A program made the position numbers and the translations under genes. The notes beneath the pieces are model-generated. The model ran no database searches. It was not told the DNA's origin and was given only the letters and a program-made list of their open reading frames with translations. Below, piece after piece: positions 48,044-60,523 of a stretch of DNA of 64,000 nt. This stretch comes from Lingula anatina. Taxonomy: Eukaryota; Animalia; Brachiopoda. Location: assembly GCA_051362555.1 (NCBI GenBank), contig CM120640.1:47222788-47286787 (forward strand), given 5' to 3'. Every line of letters begins with the position of its first letter. The first letter of the stretch is position 1.

Positions 48044-49870
48044 ATGAGGATTTTCATCGTGTACGAGAACGAGCGTACCACTCTGGACGTACCCGAGGGG
48101 AGACCTGTGTTCGAGATAAAGAAAATCATTGAAAAGAATGTCTACCTGGATGTGTTATGTTTCGGAGAAAGCAGTCCCAAGTTTCTCGCCCTTGTGTACG
48201 GTGGTGCTGAGCTAGAGGATGACTGGATATTTACTGACGTCGTTCTCTATCCCGGAGCCACCATTCGGCTGTATATGAAAGAGGCGGTGATACCTGCTCT
48301 CAAAGTGAAATGTTTCTTTCTTAACAACGGTAAATTGGTAGAAATCTATCACGAAGGGAAAATTAGGGATTTGAAGATTAAACACATACGGACCATGATA
48401 GCTCGAAAAACTGGTATTCCCGTGGGAGCATTCTTCATTTCTGACGACGGAGGCCGAGAGTTGTTCGATGAGAACACGCTAGGGACTTACGACATGGGAC
48501 GCGGGCAGACTGTTTACATGAAGACGTGGGAAGGATGGGAGACGCTGCTGAGATACGCTGTCGTCGGGTACACAAACGGGGTCCAAGGTGAGTTATCCAA
48601 CGATGAGAAGGAAGCCCGATTCCAGATTAAGGTTGCCATGTACATCGCTGCGCACTACGGCCACGAAGCCCTGGCGGATTTCGCGGTGGAACAGGGCGTT
48701 CGTGCATGTGAATGGACCGGAGAGCACCCGTTCAGACGTTGGACCGGTGGATCTCACATGCATCTTGACTGTAAACGCTCACCTATTCACGAGGCCGCAG
48801 AATTCGGCCATTTATCCGTCGTGCGCCGTTTCGTCGTAGACGACATTTATGCTGTGACTGCCCGTGATGGCAATAACGTGATGCCGTTTTCCTTGGCACT
48901 GAGATACAAACACAAGAAATGTGCAGCATTTTTACTCTCCCGAACATGGACCCGTTTAGACATTAACGGCAAGACCGTGCCCATCCAAGTTTGCGCTCGT
49001 CTGATGGCATGGGCGGAGCAAGCACGTGTGCGGGTATGGTGGAAACATGGTGCAGAGAAATCTTCCCTGAAAAAGAAACCATTTTTTGACCCTGGTGTTT
49101 TAGTTGGATCGGAGAAGATTAACGTCGACGGATTTGCAAAAACTGATACAATGTATGAACTTTCTCCAAAAGCAAGATTCAGAAATTCTGCCGTCAAAGT
49201 TATGTTGCGTAACGCCACTGTGCGTCTGCGATCTCTAGTTGATGTTTTACCTAAGGCCCCTAAGTCTGTGTTCATCACGCAGGCGTCAGTTGAGGAAACG
49301 ATAGGAAATAAACCGAAAAGTACTTCTTTTCCAAACATAAAACCCCTGGCTAAGAACAAGTACCGAAACCAACTGTTAGACTTTGTTGCCAAAAAAGTGA
49401 GCCAGAAGCGTGACCTTGTTGACGGACTATCTCACTCCCTGATAACTGACACCAAAACACAAAGTGACTCGGTCAAAAATTCTAACAGTGATAAGGAAGA
49501 GATTATTGCAACAAAGCATCCAGAAACTTCCAAAGCTAAAAACGAACCACTGCGTCTTCCTCCCATAAAACCGGTTCGTAGACGACGCCGCGTGAAAGCT
49601 GCAACTGTAGATGCACCAATGTCTCTTCCCAAACTGAGCAAGGAGAGCCAACTGAAACCCTTCTTTAGGGCACGCTCTAAGTCAGAAGACCCAGACTCCA
49701 CTTTAGACGTGTTTGAGAAATACCGCGGTCTCCCTGCTCGCGACTACGCCATCAAATGTCTTGGCCGAGCAAACAGGTTCACTACCAAACCGTGGCTGAC
49801 CCAAGTGCGCATAGCCATGCAGTTCAGCTACTTCAATGTAAAACGGGCGTCCTTGGTAAATAAGTCGTAA
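48044..49870 (+). CDS. ANKUB1: ANKUB1-like protein (two ubiquitin-like folds plus ankyrin repeats), paralog 1; intronless CDS
   Basis: 608 aa ORF: MRIFIVYE, LVYGGAELEDDW, TWEGW, VAMYIAAHYGH, GEHPFRRW, PIHEAAEFGHL, VDGF, and C-terminal RDYAIKCL...KPWLTQVRIAM, as remembered for the ANKUB1 family. Confidence 0.9.
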   Translation: MRIFIVYENERTTLDVPEGRPVFEIKKIIEKNVYLDVLCFGESSPKFLALVYGGAELEDDWIFTDVVLYPGATIRLYMKEAVIPALKVKCFFLNNGKLVEIYHEGKIRDLKIKHIRTMIARKTGIPVGAFFISDDGGRELFDENTLGTYDMGRGQTVYMKTWEGWETLLRYAVVGYTNGVQGELSNDEKEARFQIKVAMYIAAHYGHEALADFAVEQGVRACEWTGEHPFRRWTGGSHMHLDCKRSPIHEAAEFGHLSVVRRFVVDDIYAVTARDGNNVMPFSLALRYKHKKCAAFLLSRTWTRLDINGKTVPIQVCARLMAWAEQARVRVWWKHGAEKSSLKKKPFFDPGVLVGSEKINVDGFAKTDTMYELSPKARFRNSAVKVMLRNATVRLRSLVDVLPKAPKSVFITQASVEETIGNKPKSTSFPNIKPLAKNKYRNQLLDFVAKKVSQKRDLVDGLSHSLITDTKTQSDSVKNSNSDKEEIIATKHPETSKAKNEPLRLPPIKPVRRRRRVKAATVDAPMSLPKLSKESQLKPFFRARSKSEDPDSTLDVFEKYRGLPARDYAIKCLGRANRFTTKPWLTQVRIAMQFSYFNVKRASLVNKS

Positions 49871-52503
49871 TATTTGTCACACCTTTAAAAAAAGTGGTGT
49901 TTTAACTCTAAACTAGAAAAGAACACTATAAACGGTACAGTTTCTATTAAGACTAGATCTTTGCTTAAGCATTGACGGGATAGCAATGTCTAGACATGCA
50001 TTGAATAGCAACGGGGTATCTTGCAGAGCATGCCCACGCTATCCTTGATAACGTGATCACCTAATTCGATTACTTAATTACGAAGGTTATTAATTCGCTG
50101 CAGATTATCAACAAGTTTCAATGAAACGCATAACCTCTATCGAAGTACTTTACTTTTCAATATGATTTTTCAGTATTGTATGTATTCATTTTTTTAAAAT
50201 CAAATAAATATTACCAATGTGAGTACACTCAGCTTAATTCGTCTTTTGGAGATCTAGCATTGATAGTAATTTTGAATATTAAAGGGATAATAACTCTTCG
50301 CATGATATCTATATTTCACTATAAAAACATTGTGAATAACTCATAGAAATATGATATATTTTGTTTTACAACAAAAACGGCAGTTATAGCTATTTTTTCT
50401 GATATCTGAGCTTGTCTTTAGATCACGTGACCTCCAATGATGGCTATACTCTGTAAAAATCTCTTAAGAGATTTTAACAAAAAACCAAACTTTTTAGAAA
50501 AAAAACAGGGCCTAACTTTGAATGTAAAAATGGATTCATTAACCATTGGTAAGTATGGGAAAATTGTTGTTTACTCCAGGAAAATTCTTTTTTGGGCCGA
50601 AACGAAGAGTTATTATCCCTTTAAGGAGTTGTTTGTGGCTAGTTTAGATTACGTTAAATGCATTGATACACTCTTGGGTGGTCACCACTTAGATAGTGTA
50701 TATCACATAAATCTAAATAATTGGATTGTACTGACTGCTATACAGAGGTCAATTCATAGACCATCGATAGGAAAATCCGAGATGAGGTAAAAGTCAGCAA
50801 GAGAATGGATATGATACATCGTTTTTGTTGTTATTTTTTAAGTGTTGAAAATAAGGATTAATCGACGTGATTGATATCATTTAGTATGACAAATGCAAAA
50901 CTCTCTCTCTCTCTCTCTCTCAGAATGTGCACACGGATAAAACAACTGAGGTCTCTCCATTACCAGCTGTGATTGCAGTAGAGAAGACAGACTCTAACCA
51001 AAAAAAATTGTTGCAGATAACCTTCACATTCCGCCATGAATACTTCCGTGTCATGTGCCACTATAAAATGGGCTTTAGTGTGTAGCCAGCGTTGTTTCTG
51101 ATATTTCTGACCATAAACATCAAAATTCTGAGTAAGAAATATGTGCATCATGGCACTATGTGTTTTCCATTAAGTATTTATTGTAAGGAGTGTCGAAATA
51201 TACGGATTTATCTTATTTACAACTATACTTCTGGCTATAACTTCATAAACGAACTTCATAATTAGAGTTCTTGATATAGAGAGTTCGTGGGATTGAGCTT
51301 TAAAAAAAATAAACAGACTGAGAATTTCTACTGACTGAAATCATAAGCTTCCTACCACAAACCGACTACAGTTCTAAATTTAATATTACTCTATAAACAA
51401 AAACTTTAAACCCTCTTTTCTTCTTTTTGCCTTTAAAGTTATTTTGAGACAAATGTTTAGGTTGATTAAAATATAGGAAGATTTAAAAAAAAAACCCACG
51501 AACAATTCTTGTAAGTTCTCCTGCAGTTAGTAAAACAACATAATTCATGAATAGAACGCGATGGAGCGCAATGCATCTACATTTCTTTCCTGCAATATAG
51601 TCGCGTGCCAAAATCTCAGCCGTCCTTGTTTTACAAATCTCGTGGCATGGGAGATTATTATTTTTTTTGTTTGATTAAACCCAAGTTTATTATTAATCTT
51701 TTATATTTCATGTTTATTTAACGTAAAAGATTTAAATCTTATTACCCAATAATTTCACGAGCTATACACTGTAAAGGTAAATACAATATAAGAGTATCGC
51801 ACCCCCCTGCTACATTTCAACATTGTAGACAAAGGGCTAACATTTTATTTAAAGTAGAGGAGGGCAGAAATAATACCCTAGAATAATAACCGACAAGAAT
51901 TGTACGCTACATTTACAAAGGGTCCCTAACCACACTGCCAGAAAGATACAAAAGGCAAGGCCACCAGAGAACACGGCGTAGCGCGGTAGTTGCTAAGTTC
52001 TACATTCGAGGGCTCTCATCTATGAATATCGCTTGCAATTCAACAATGGATTTACTATTTACCAAACAAGCCCTTCCAACTCTTACCTGCTCTCGTGTAA
52101 AAATATAAACAATAAGTAAGTGATTTTATAGCCTCGGTCACGTTCATGTGAACAGCGGTGCAACCCGATTTTCACTTGTATTTAATCGTCCTCGTCGTGC
52201 CGAAAAGGACACAGCACGTATGTTGACCATGTGAGAAGATGCTTCTTGTCCTGCGAGCAATGCAGAGATGAGCCCGCGTCTGGTCTGGCATTTACCATGA
52301 AATGATCCTGTCCAGTTATGTAAGATATGATTCTGATTCAGTACAACGGTTGTGTTAAATGAAGTCGTGATTGGTCGTCATGGATCGTCATGTTTTATTC
52401 ACGATGACTGGTATGTCGAGGTTTAAACTGTATTTCAAGGCGAACTTTATCAAAATGGAATCGCATTTCCGCTGACTGAGAGGCAAGGAAAATATAGTCT
52501 AAA

Positions 52504-54336
52504 ATGAGGGTGTTCGTTTTATACAACGACGAGCGGACTGTATTAGATATCCCGCAAGGGAAAACAATATCCGAGGTCAAGAAAATCGTCGAAGACAATG
52601 TTTACCTGGATTCGTCATACTACACGGACGACTCACAGTCTCTGGTGCTTTCCTACGCAGGAGGCGTGTTGGAAGATGACTGGATCTTCACAGATATTGT
52701 CCTCAACCCTGGCGCCACAATCCGCGCTGTGATCACGGAGACAATTTTCCCAGCATTGAAAGTGTGGTGCTCATACAATGGGAAAACAGTAGAAATATTC
52801 ACCGAGGAAAACTTAGTAACTTCCCCTGTTTCTGTGTCTAGGGCGTTAATAGCTCGTCGAACCGGTATTCCCGTCGGCGCGTTTTTTCTAGAAACATTAA
52901 AAGGCAAAGAACTTTTTGACAATTGCGAATTAGGTGTTTACGGTCTGAAGCGCGGTGAGCAAGTGAACATGAAATCCTGGGACGGTTGGGACAAATTTCT
53001 GAGGTACGCAACACTGGGGTACAACGCCGGTGTCATAGATGAACTAGCCTCGGACGAGGCCGTAGCTAGGTTTCAGATGAAATGCGCCATGTATATTGCC
53101 GCCCACTTCGGCCACGACGAGCTGGCAGAGTACCTGTTGCAACAAGGGGTGAAGGCGCACGAGTGGATAGGAGATCACCCGTACAGAAAGTGGTGCAAAG
53201 ATGAAGAGCATATTGACTGTAGAAGAACGCCAGTTCATGAGGCAGCAGAATTCGGGCAACTTTCCGTACTTCGGAGGTTCGTTCTCGATAACGTGTTCGC
53301 CGTGACGGCACGTGACGGTAACGGCACGTTACCCCTTAGTCTGTCCCTACGCAACAAGCAAAAGAAATGCGCCGGGTATCTCCTAGCAAAATCGTGGAGT
53401 CGAATCGAGTTTGATACCAAAACAATTCCCATTTCCCTCTGCGCAAAGATGAAATTCTGGGCTGAACGAGCCAAGGAGATGGTATGGTGGAAAATGGGCT
53501 TTGAAAAGTCGTCCCTGAAAAAGAAGCCGTTCATAGACATGGGGGTCCTAGTCGGTATGCAGGGTGTCAACGTTGATGGTTTCCCCAAGAGAGACACTCT
53601 CATCAAAAAGGAAATGCCCGGCTGGCTGAAGAGCGCAGTCCCCAAAGGCCCAGACCCTGAACCATATTTTCACAAAATAACTAGCGAGATGCTGATACAG
53701 AGGATGAACAGGACGAGCAGGCTGTCAAAAAACGAATCCACAGATAGTTTGCAGCCCAGGGCGTCACTCAGGTCTCCTCGTGCACGGAGCGGGGACAGCA
53801 CAACCCGTGTCCGTCTTCCTGCCATCCACGAATCATCAAAATACAACACAACGCATCAAAACAACTCCTCTATGCCGCGAAAAGAAGTGGAGTTCTCAGA
53901 CAATCTAGCCAGAACTCAAAGTAAAGACAGTAAGGCAACTTTCATACAGACTGGTTTTAATAGATCGAAAGACAATGTGTTTGATGACTCAAAATCAGAA
54001 CCAGCCCTAAGCCGCCCGTCTTCTAAAAAACGAAAAAAGAAAGCTGCAACCATAGACGCGCCGATCCCTTTGCCACAGATAAGCAAAGAGAACAAAATGA
54101 GACCGTATTTCCACCCAAGATCAAAATCTGAGGATCCTATGACGACTTTGAAATTGTACGAAAAATATCGAGGCATGAAAGCCCGGGACTATGCCATCAA
54201 ATGTTTAGCCATATCAAATACGTTCAAGGAAAAACCGTGGCTAAAACAGGTCCGCATGGCCATGACGTTCGCAGAATATGGCGTAAAACGCGCGGCCTTG
54301 GATCCAATAAAACAAAGGAAAATGCACGGACGGTGA
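52504..54336 (+). CDS. ANKUB1: ANKUB1-like protein, paralog 2; intronless CDS
   Basis: 610 aa ORF colinear with paralog 1: LSYAGGVLEDDW, SWDGW, AMYIAAHFGH, GDHPYRKWC, PVHEAAEFGQL, RDYAIKCL...KPWLKQVRMAM. Confidence 0.9.
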   Translation: MRVFVLYNDERTVLDIPQGKTISEVKKIVEDNVYLDSSYYTDDSQSLVLSYAGGVLEDDWIFTDIVLNPGATIRAVITETIFPALKVWCSYNGKTVEIFTEENLVTSPVSVSRALIARRTGIPVGAFFLETLKGKELFDNCELGVYGLKRGEQVNMKSWDGWDKFLRYATLGYNAGVIDELASDEAVARFQMKCAMYIAAHFGHDELAEYLLQQGVKAHEWIGDHPYRKWCKDEEHIDCRRTPVHEAAEFGQLSVLRRFVLDNVFAVTARDGNGTLPLSLSLRNKQKKCAGYLLAKSWSRIEFDTKTIPISLCAKMKFWAERAKEMVWWKMGFEKSSLKKKPFIDMGVLVGMQGVNVDGFPKRDTLIKKEMPGWLKSAVPKGPDPEPYFHKITSEMLIQRMNRTSRLSKNESTDSLQPRASLRSPRARSGDSTTRVRLPAIHESSKYNTTHQNNSSMPRKEVEFSDNLARTQSKDSKATFIQTGFNRSKDNVFDDSKSEPALSRPSSKKRKKKAATIDAPIPLPQISKENKMRPYFHPRSKSEDPMTTLKLYEKYRGMKARDYAIKCLAISNTFKEKPWLKQVRMAMTFAEYGVKRAALDPIKQRKMHGR

Positions 54337-57138
54337 AAAACTTACTGTAACACTGAATTTGATGTAAGAGTGTAACATTGAATTAATTATCATATCAAAA
54401 TACCTAAGATTTATACTTTTAGTGCATTTACATCTATCATATTTAGTAACGTGACAGGATCACTCTATTCACATTAAATTGATGTAAAATGTTTTATTTG
54501 TACCTTCAGAGATTTGAGCATAAAAGCCATTATCATGACTCAATATTATTTTCACACTGTGTTGTCACGCTGTGATCACTTATTGACTTTTTGTAGTCAT
54601 TAGATTCAACCAAACGCCAACACTAGTGCTATTATCGTGGGATTTTACTGACGCAGGCATAGGAAAAAATATATGAATAATACCAAAATTGTGTTCAGTT
54701 TTACGTATGAAATTTTAGATTGTAAGATAAGAATTTGTCAACAATGTTTTATATAATAAATATGAATTTCATACACTAAAACGAAATTGTTTTTTAAACT
54801 TGTTTAATATATTGACTCATTGACTCCAGAAACCTTCAATACAAAATCGGCTGAAAACGGAAACCCGTCGTATGCATTAGGCCTACGTATAAAAGCGTAC
54901 GGTGCCTGATCACTTAAAAGTCTTTTTCATAATTTTTCTTTTTATATATCGCATTTATTCTAAAAATTATGTACTAAAACTTTCAAACATACGTTCAATA
55001 TGTATGAAGCATTAAAGGGAAATATTTTTACGTAATTACACCTCGAAACCGATAATGAAATTAACATAGAAAAATCTATAATATTTTTCCGCAAGAGTTC
55101 GTTGAATTTCTAAAGATAGTGAAAAGATTGATCAGGCTTTTGTTCGACATTGTCATATGGCCGTTTGTCTCAGAAGGAACACTGAGTGGAAGTGGGTATC
55201 TGACTACGACACGATCAAGGAAACGGCATTCAGCTTACAAAAATGCAAAATCAATCAACACATTTAAAATCAGAGAACCATTCGTAAAGGGGAGTTTGTC
55301 GGGGAATCACAATGTATGCTGTCAATATGTCTTAGGTTCTTTGGAGAATCGCTGAATTCTTAATTCTTTGTATTGTTAATCTTGAAATTAAAAATATGTA
55401 GAAAAAGTAATACTAAGATACCAACTCGATATGATTTTATTATAAGAACTGACATTATCAAATGGTATTGTCACTAATTCAATAATTGTGCAGCTGGCCA
55501 AGTTGCAAAATTTTGTCCGCAATACGTATCGAGCTCAACATTATCTTTTAACAATTGCCTTTTTAAAGCAGGCACTCTTAACATATCGTATCTAACATCT
55601 AATCAGAATGAAGTAGACCTGATTCTTAAATTTTGTTTGCCCTTTTCATTTTATTAACCAACTGGTTTCGCATTTTCCTGCACACGAAGGCTCGGGTTAA
55701 CAATGTTTTAGCCGGTTTCTATATAGTCATTTCTCTAGTATAATGCTGCTGCAGTTCACGTGTCACAGACAAATATTTAAAACACGAAATTTGTTGCTAC
55801 TCAATATTGAAATTTTGGTAAGAATCAAACTTTGTGAATGGGAAAGTAATGTGATATAGAAAGTAAATAATTGTATCAAATTTAAAGCATTATTATGGTA
55901 ACCTATGTTAGGGAAGCGTCGTGTTTACCTTAGGGGGTTGTTGGGTCTTACGTCGCATATAGCTTCCCTCGAAAGGGAAACTGACAAAATAATTTACAGA
56001 TATATTTAAAAAAATGTCATTATATATAAAATTGGCACACTGCGTTTGCTCTCTGAAAATGTAGTTGCTGTGAATTCCTGGAATCTCTTGTTATCAAAAT
56101 TTCCCGGTTCTCTCCCTTTCTTATGGGGAACGCTTTCCAATCGAACCCTTTCCACTGAAACTACAACTACATAGTGTTGTTATTATTCCCCATTGTTACA
56201 AGTATTATTATGCTAAATTATAAACACGATAGCCATTATATTCGAGGTGCAGCAAAATTCAATGGAATCTATACAAACACATGCGGGTCTCTAAGACGCA
56301 AAGGGCGAACGGCTCGACACAACAACTAGTTTTTGTGACACATTTGGTCAAAGATTGTAGAAAGCGCTGTTACGGGTTCCGTTCTTTGTTTGTTGCCGTT
56401 GATGATGTAGCTGGGGCTAGACGTGCTGAACCACCTTCCCCTAGGAACTGGCTAGGAACAAGCCAGAGAGGCTTCCTCAATTCGATCTCAAGTGACTCTT
56501 TTGCTGGACGTGCCATGGTTAAATTACCGGACTTGCAGTTTGACAAGGTGGGCATGCACACGCGCTATTTGATCAAGTAGTGGTCATCTCTGAAGTGGAC
56601 ATTAGTTGAATGGTCATTTCATTGTGACCAGTCGCTGCGGTCCCCTGACAACCATCGCTTGGAAGCGGATAGTAGGTGTCAAGTGATTGAGTGGACACTG
56701 AGAAGTAATTTGGACTTACTAGCGGGAATCGACCTAACTTAATCACCTATACTAAAGTGATTATTAGTTGCATCGTAGGTGTCTGAGCGTACATTGAAAT
56801 ACAGTACGTTTTAAAAAGAACAATAACCATACTTGAACACCCACGTAGAAATGTACCACTATTGCATACCAGGTGTTAAAGAAGGTATTAAAATTGCGAG
56901 CTACATTACATCATTTAATCGCCGATAAGGAGGAAGCCGTTTTATTGCATTTTAACTGTTGCCCTGTTCCAGCAATCAAACAATTATTAACTGACGTCAC
57001 TGCGCATGACATTATATGGAACGTTTCTGACGGGATGTAATCAAATTTTGCTTATTTGCAGTGCTAAGATGACGAACACGGCTCATTTTGAAGTCAGCGA
57101 GTTTTCATAAACACCTCACGGCAAATTTAATTTAAAAA

Positions 57139-59286
57139 ATGCAAATCTTCGTGTCATACGAAGGGCAGCGTACGTCCCTGTTCGTCCAAGAGGGAACGAC
57201 GGTTCAGGCACTGAAACTCATGTTACGGGGCACAATCCATGTCCAAGCTGAGCTTCATGTTGAGGCAGAAGATGGTATGACCCGGGAGAAAAAGACGCTC
57301 AGGCTCATCTACAATGGTTCTGAATTGGACGATAAATGGGTTTTGACAGACGTTGGGGTTTTCCCAGGGTCTACCGTTCGAGCTGTCATAAAGGAGGAAT
57401 ACCTACCCAATCTCTACATCAATGTAGCGTACAGTGAAGAGATCATTCCGATAGTAGAAAAAATCAGCATCAGGCACAGTAAAGTCTCAGAACTAAAAGC
57501 CATTGTGAGTAGAAAAACAGGACTTCCAGTTGGTGTATTTCGGCTGGTCAATAAAAAAGGAATGGAAATGTTCGATGGAAATGACTTAGATTCTTACGAC
57601 ATCAAAGTCGCCGATGAAATTCGCATGGATACTTGGGACGGTTGGAATGATTTTCTAAATCTTGCCGTCATGGGTTTTACATCTCATGCAATGTCCAAAC
57701 TTTCCAGCGATGAACACGTCTCGAGGTTTCAAATGAAAGTCGCCATGTACATTGCTGCCCATTTTGGACATGTTGATCTAGCTATGCGGCTTATTAAAGA
57801 GGGAATACGTCCATACGAGCCAGTTGAGGATCACCCCAGCCGATCCTGGTGCTCTGAGATAGAACCTCATGTTGACAGTTTTAAGACGCCAGTTCACGAG
57901 GCTGCCGAATTTGGAAGCGTCGACATCATCAGAATTTTCGTACAGAATAACATATGTTGTATTTTCGTTGAAGATTTCAATAAGCTGATGCCGCTGAATT
58001 TGGCATTACGCAACCAACGCAAAGCTGTCGCCTTGTACCTTCTATCGAAACAATTCACCAAAGTTGAAATAGGAAACACTGGAAAACATCTTTCTTTGAA
58101 ACTGTGGGCCAAGATCAAATTCTGGGCCGAAAAAGGCAGAGAGCGATCGTTTCTTTATCACGGGGCAGATAAATCAACGTTGAAACGCGGAGCGTACGTC
58201 AACCGAGGTGTTCTTGTAGGCCAGGGAGTAACAGTTGACGGATTTAATGACTCGCCTATGTCCTCTAGACCAACAGTAAAGCAGAAAACATCAAAAGTAG
58301 ACGAGATTAAACACATACCAAAGCCCAGTTATTTGGTTCAACGAGAGATGCGCATTAAAGGACATACCAACGGAAAGCACAGGCACGGTATTCGAGCTGG
58401 GGTGAAATCAAGGGTTCATTATTTTGACGAAAATGAGGAAAAAGCGCACAAAAGTGAATCTGCCAGCGAAGCGAGTGACGTGCTTCGTCTGCCACCTATC
58501 AGAACACGCCCTCTAACTCGCAGTAGCTCCCATTACGAACTTTGCCAGGGGAGGGAGTTTGAGTACGAATCGCGTCCTGATACTCGTGCCAGCAGCCGGT
58601 CTGCCTTCATCGCCACTGGTCACGTGAACGTCCGCGAGCACGCTGAGGATGTTGACATTCACGACCAAGAAGCTGGTAAAAAAGAACACATGGAAATGTA
58701 CATAAGCGACATTCATAAAACGAGAGAAAGCGAATCACAGCCGGCCAAACCACTGGCAACTAAACCGAAACGTAAGAAACGGATGCGGACTGTAAGTAGT
58801 CCAGCCGCAGTTCCAGAACTCAACGTTGCGCAAGCAGATTCGCCACCGGATCCTCCACCAAGACAAGCCACCAAATTGACAGCGTACACAAACGCTAGTT
58901 CACCAGACAAACCAGTCTCCCGCGCAAAACGAAAAGAAAGATCCACACGCTCCGCCCTCAAACTTGCTAAAGCCAAAAGCGAGGGCGCTTTGATTCCTCT
59001 TCCGGAGGTCAGTTTGGAGAGTGGACAGCGTCCGTTTTTCTACTGCACAAGTAATGAATCTGACCCTCGTCTGTCAACCCTCGAAATGGTAGACAAATAT
59101 CGAGGAATGAAGAGCCGTGATTATGCCATCAAATGTCTTGCTGCAGCCAACACTTTCAAGGAAAAACCGTGGTTGTATCAGGTTAGGTTAGCCATGAATC
59201 TTGCCACCTGTGGAAGTAAAAGATACCTACGGAATCCGCGCGCTTATAGTAAAAGAGACTTGTCCAATATATCTAGGTCTGTCTGA
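57139..59286 (+). CDS. ANKUB1: ANKUB1-like protein, paralog 3; intronless CDS
   Basis: 715 aa ORF: LIYNGSELDDKW, TWDGWNDFL, VAMYIAAHFGH, PVHEAAEFG, VTVDGF, IPLPEVS...RPFFYCT, RDYAIKCL...KPWLYQVRLAM; longer disordered linker than the other two. Confidence 0.9.
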   Translation: MQIFVSYEGQRTSLFVQEGTTVQALKLMLRGTIHVQAELHVEAEDGMTREKKTLRLIYNGSELDDKWVLTDVGVFPGSTVRAVIKEEYLPNLYINVAYSEEIIPIVEKISIRHSKVSELKAIVSRKTGLPVGVFRLVNKKGMEMFDGNDLDSYDIKVADEIRMDTWDGWNDFLNLAVMGFTSHAMSKLSSDEHVSRFQMKVAMYIAAHFGHVDLAMRLIKEGIRPYEPVEDHPSRSWCSEIEPHVDSFKTPVHEAAEFGSVDIIRIFVQNNICCIFVEDFNKLMPLNLALRNQRKAVALYLLSKQFTKVEIGNTGKHLSLKLWAKIKFWAEKGRERSFLYHGADKSTLKRGAYVNRGVLVGQGVTVDGFNDSPMSSRPTVKQKTSKVDEIKHIPKPSYLVQREMRIKGHTNGKHRHGIRAGVKSRVHYFDENEEKAHKSESASEASDVLRLPPIRTRPLTRSSSHYELCQGREFEYESRPDTRASSRSAFIATGHVNVREHAEDVDIHDQEAGKKEHMEMYISDIHKTRESESQPAKPLATKPKRKKRMRTVSSPAAVPELNVAQADSPPDPPPRQATKLTAYTNASSPDKPVSRAKRKERSTRSALKLAKAKSEGALIPLPEVSLESGQRPFFYCTSNESDPRLSTLEMVDKYRGMKSRDYAIKCLAAANTFKEKPWLYQVRLAMNLATCGSKRYLRNPRAYSKRDLSNISRSV

Positions 59287-60523
59287 ATAACGCAACTTAA
59301 AAAATTATTCCTAAAAGTTTATTTGATCATCTGTGATACGTCATATTGTTTACCCATCTTGAATGGTAATTGAGGCTCATGCAAAGCATATCTGCGATGT
59401 TATATATCAAATAGTATTTAAAAGGCAAGAGGGGATATGTATCAGAGTAAAGTTGGTTTAGAAATGATTACCAATAGACAGATTATATGGTAGATATGAC
59501 ACATGGTAGTCGTAAATAACACGTCGAAACTCGAGATCTCCGACGGACTGCAGAAGATTCAAAAATTAAAATAAAAAAACGTTTTAAATCAGTATTTTCA
59601 GTGAACCAGAAAGATGTTTTGAACGAGAGGTTAAGGGAAAGCACTGAAAGCCCATAAAATGATCTTTTATGGAGTAAGGGGGTTTGAAAATTCTCCTCTA
59701 TGCCTCTAAAACGTGTCTGTGATATTAATTTAAGAACAAAGCGCACTTGGACTGAGAAGGCCAAACGATGCACATCACTAGCTCTCACGTAATAGAATGT
59801 TTAGATTATTTACTGATATGATATTCCATCAATTGTCATTAAGTCAACTTTTACATTGCCAAATAATAAAGAGTAAATGATAAATGAAGCATGGAGAAAA
59901 AGAGAGATGTTTTATTTAACTGTCATATTATCAAATAGTACTACTAGCACATAACAAAGCCCGTTAAACACAAGGGAGAGGAACTTAAATATTTAAAAAG
60001 TAAACACATGGGAGAGAGTGTCTACATTTGCAGGATTTGATTTGACTATTAATGGGTTTGAATGCTTTTTTTTTTTTAGTTTAAAACAAAATCTTTAGCA
60101 ATCATGTGGATGGGGTGGGTTAAATCATTCTTCCCAAAATTGTCCGAATGTTCATATAATATTCAAAATGAAATTTTCTTTTTTCTGTTTGTATAGCCAT
60201 AATAAATATTACATCAATAATGATTTGTTCCACAAATGAATAACTGTTCTAGTCATCGCATGAAGATTACTTTGGCAGTAAGAAAAATTATTGACTAAAT
60301 GATTTCATCTTATAGAACAATATCGTATTTCTGGCATTCTGAACATCCAATCCATCTGATACAGCTACGGTAGCCTAGCAATAAGTCACTGTAAATAGTC
60401 TCAGTATTTTCTTTAAAAATCGTATTCTACAGAAATCAAAAGTTTGATGAAATTTCAAATAAATTTTAAATAAAAGTTCAGTTTGAACAACGCATCTTTT
60501 ACAGCCAGTTGGCGTACCAGCTG

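Noticed and set aside
50278-51437. Kolobok/piggyBac-like element bounded by TTAAAGG...CCTTTAA
   Set aside because: The inverted match does not extend convincingly beyond a few bases.
47900-57100. RFX X-box and FOXJ1 sites upstream of the ANKUB1 paralogs
   Set aside because: Only half-sites or short TAAACA matches, expected by chance in AT-rich DNA.
48588-58976. Antisense and alternate-frame ORFs overlapping the ANKUB1 paralogs
   Set aside because: Shadow ORFs of the coding strand; their mutual similarity only reflects paralogy.
48044-59286. Horizontally transferred or prokaryotic operon (intronless, CpG-rich, same strand)
   Set aside because: The proteins are a metazoan family (ANKUB1), spacers are multi-kb, and CpG richness extends to neighbouring intron-containing genes.
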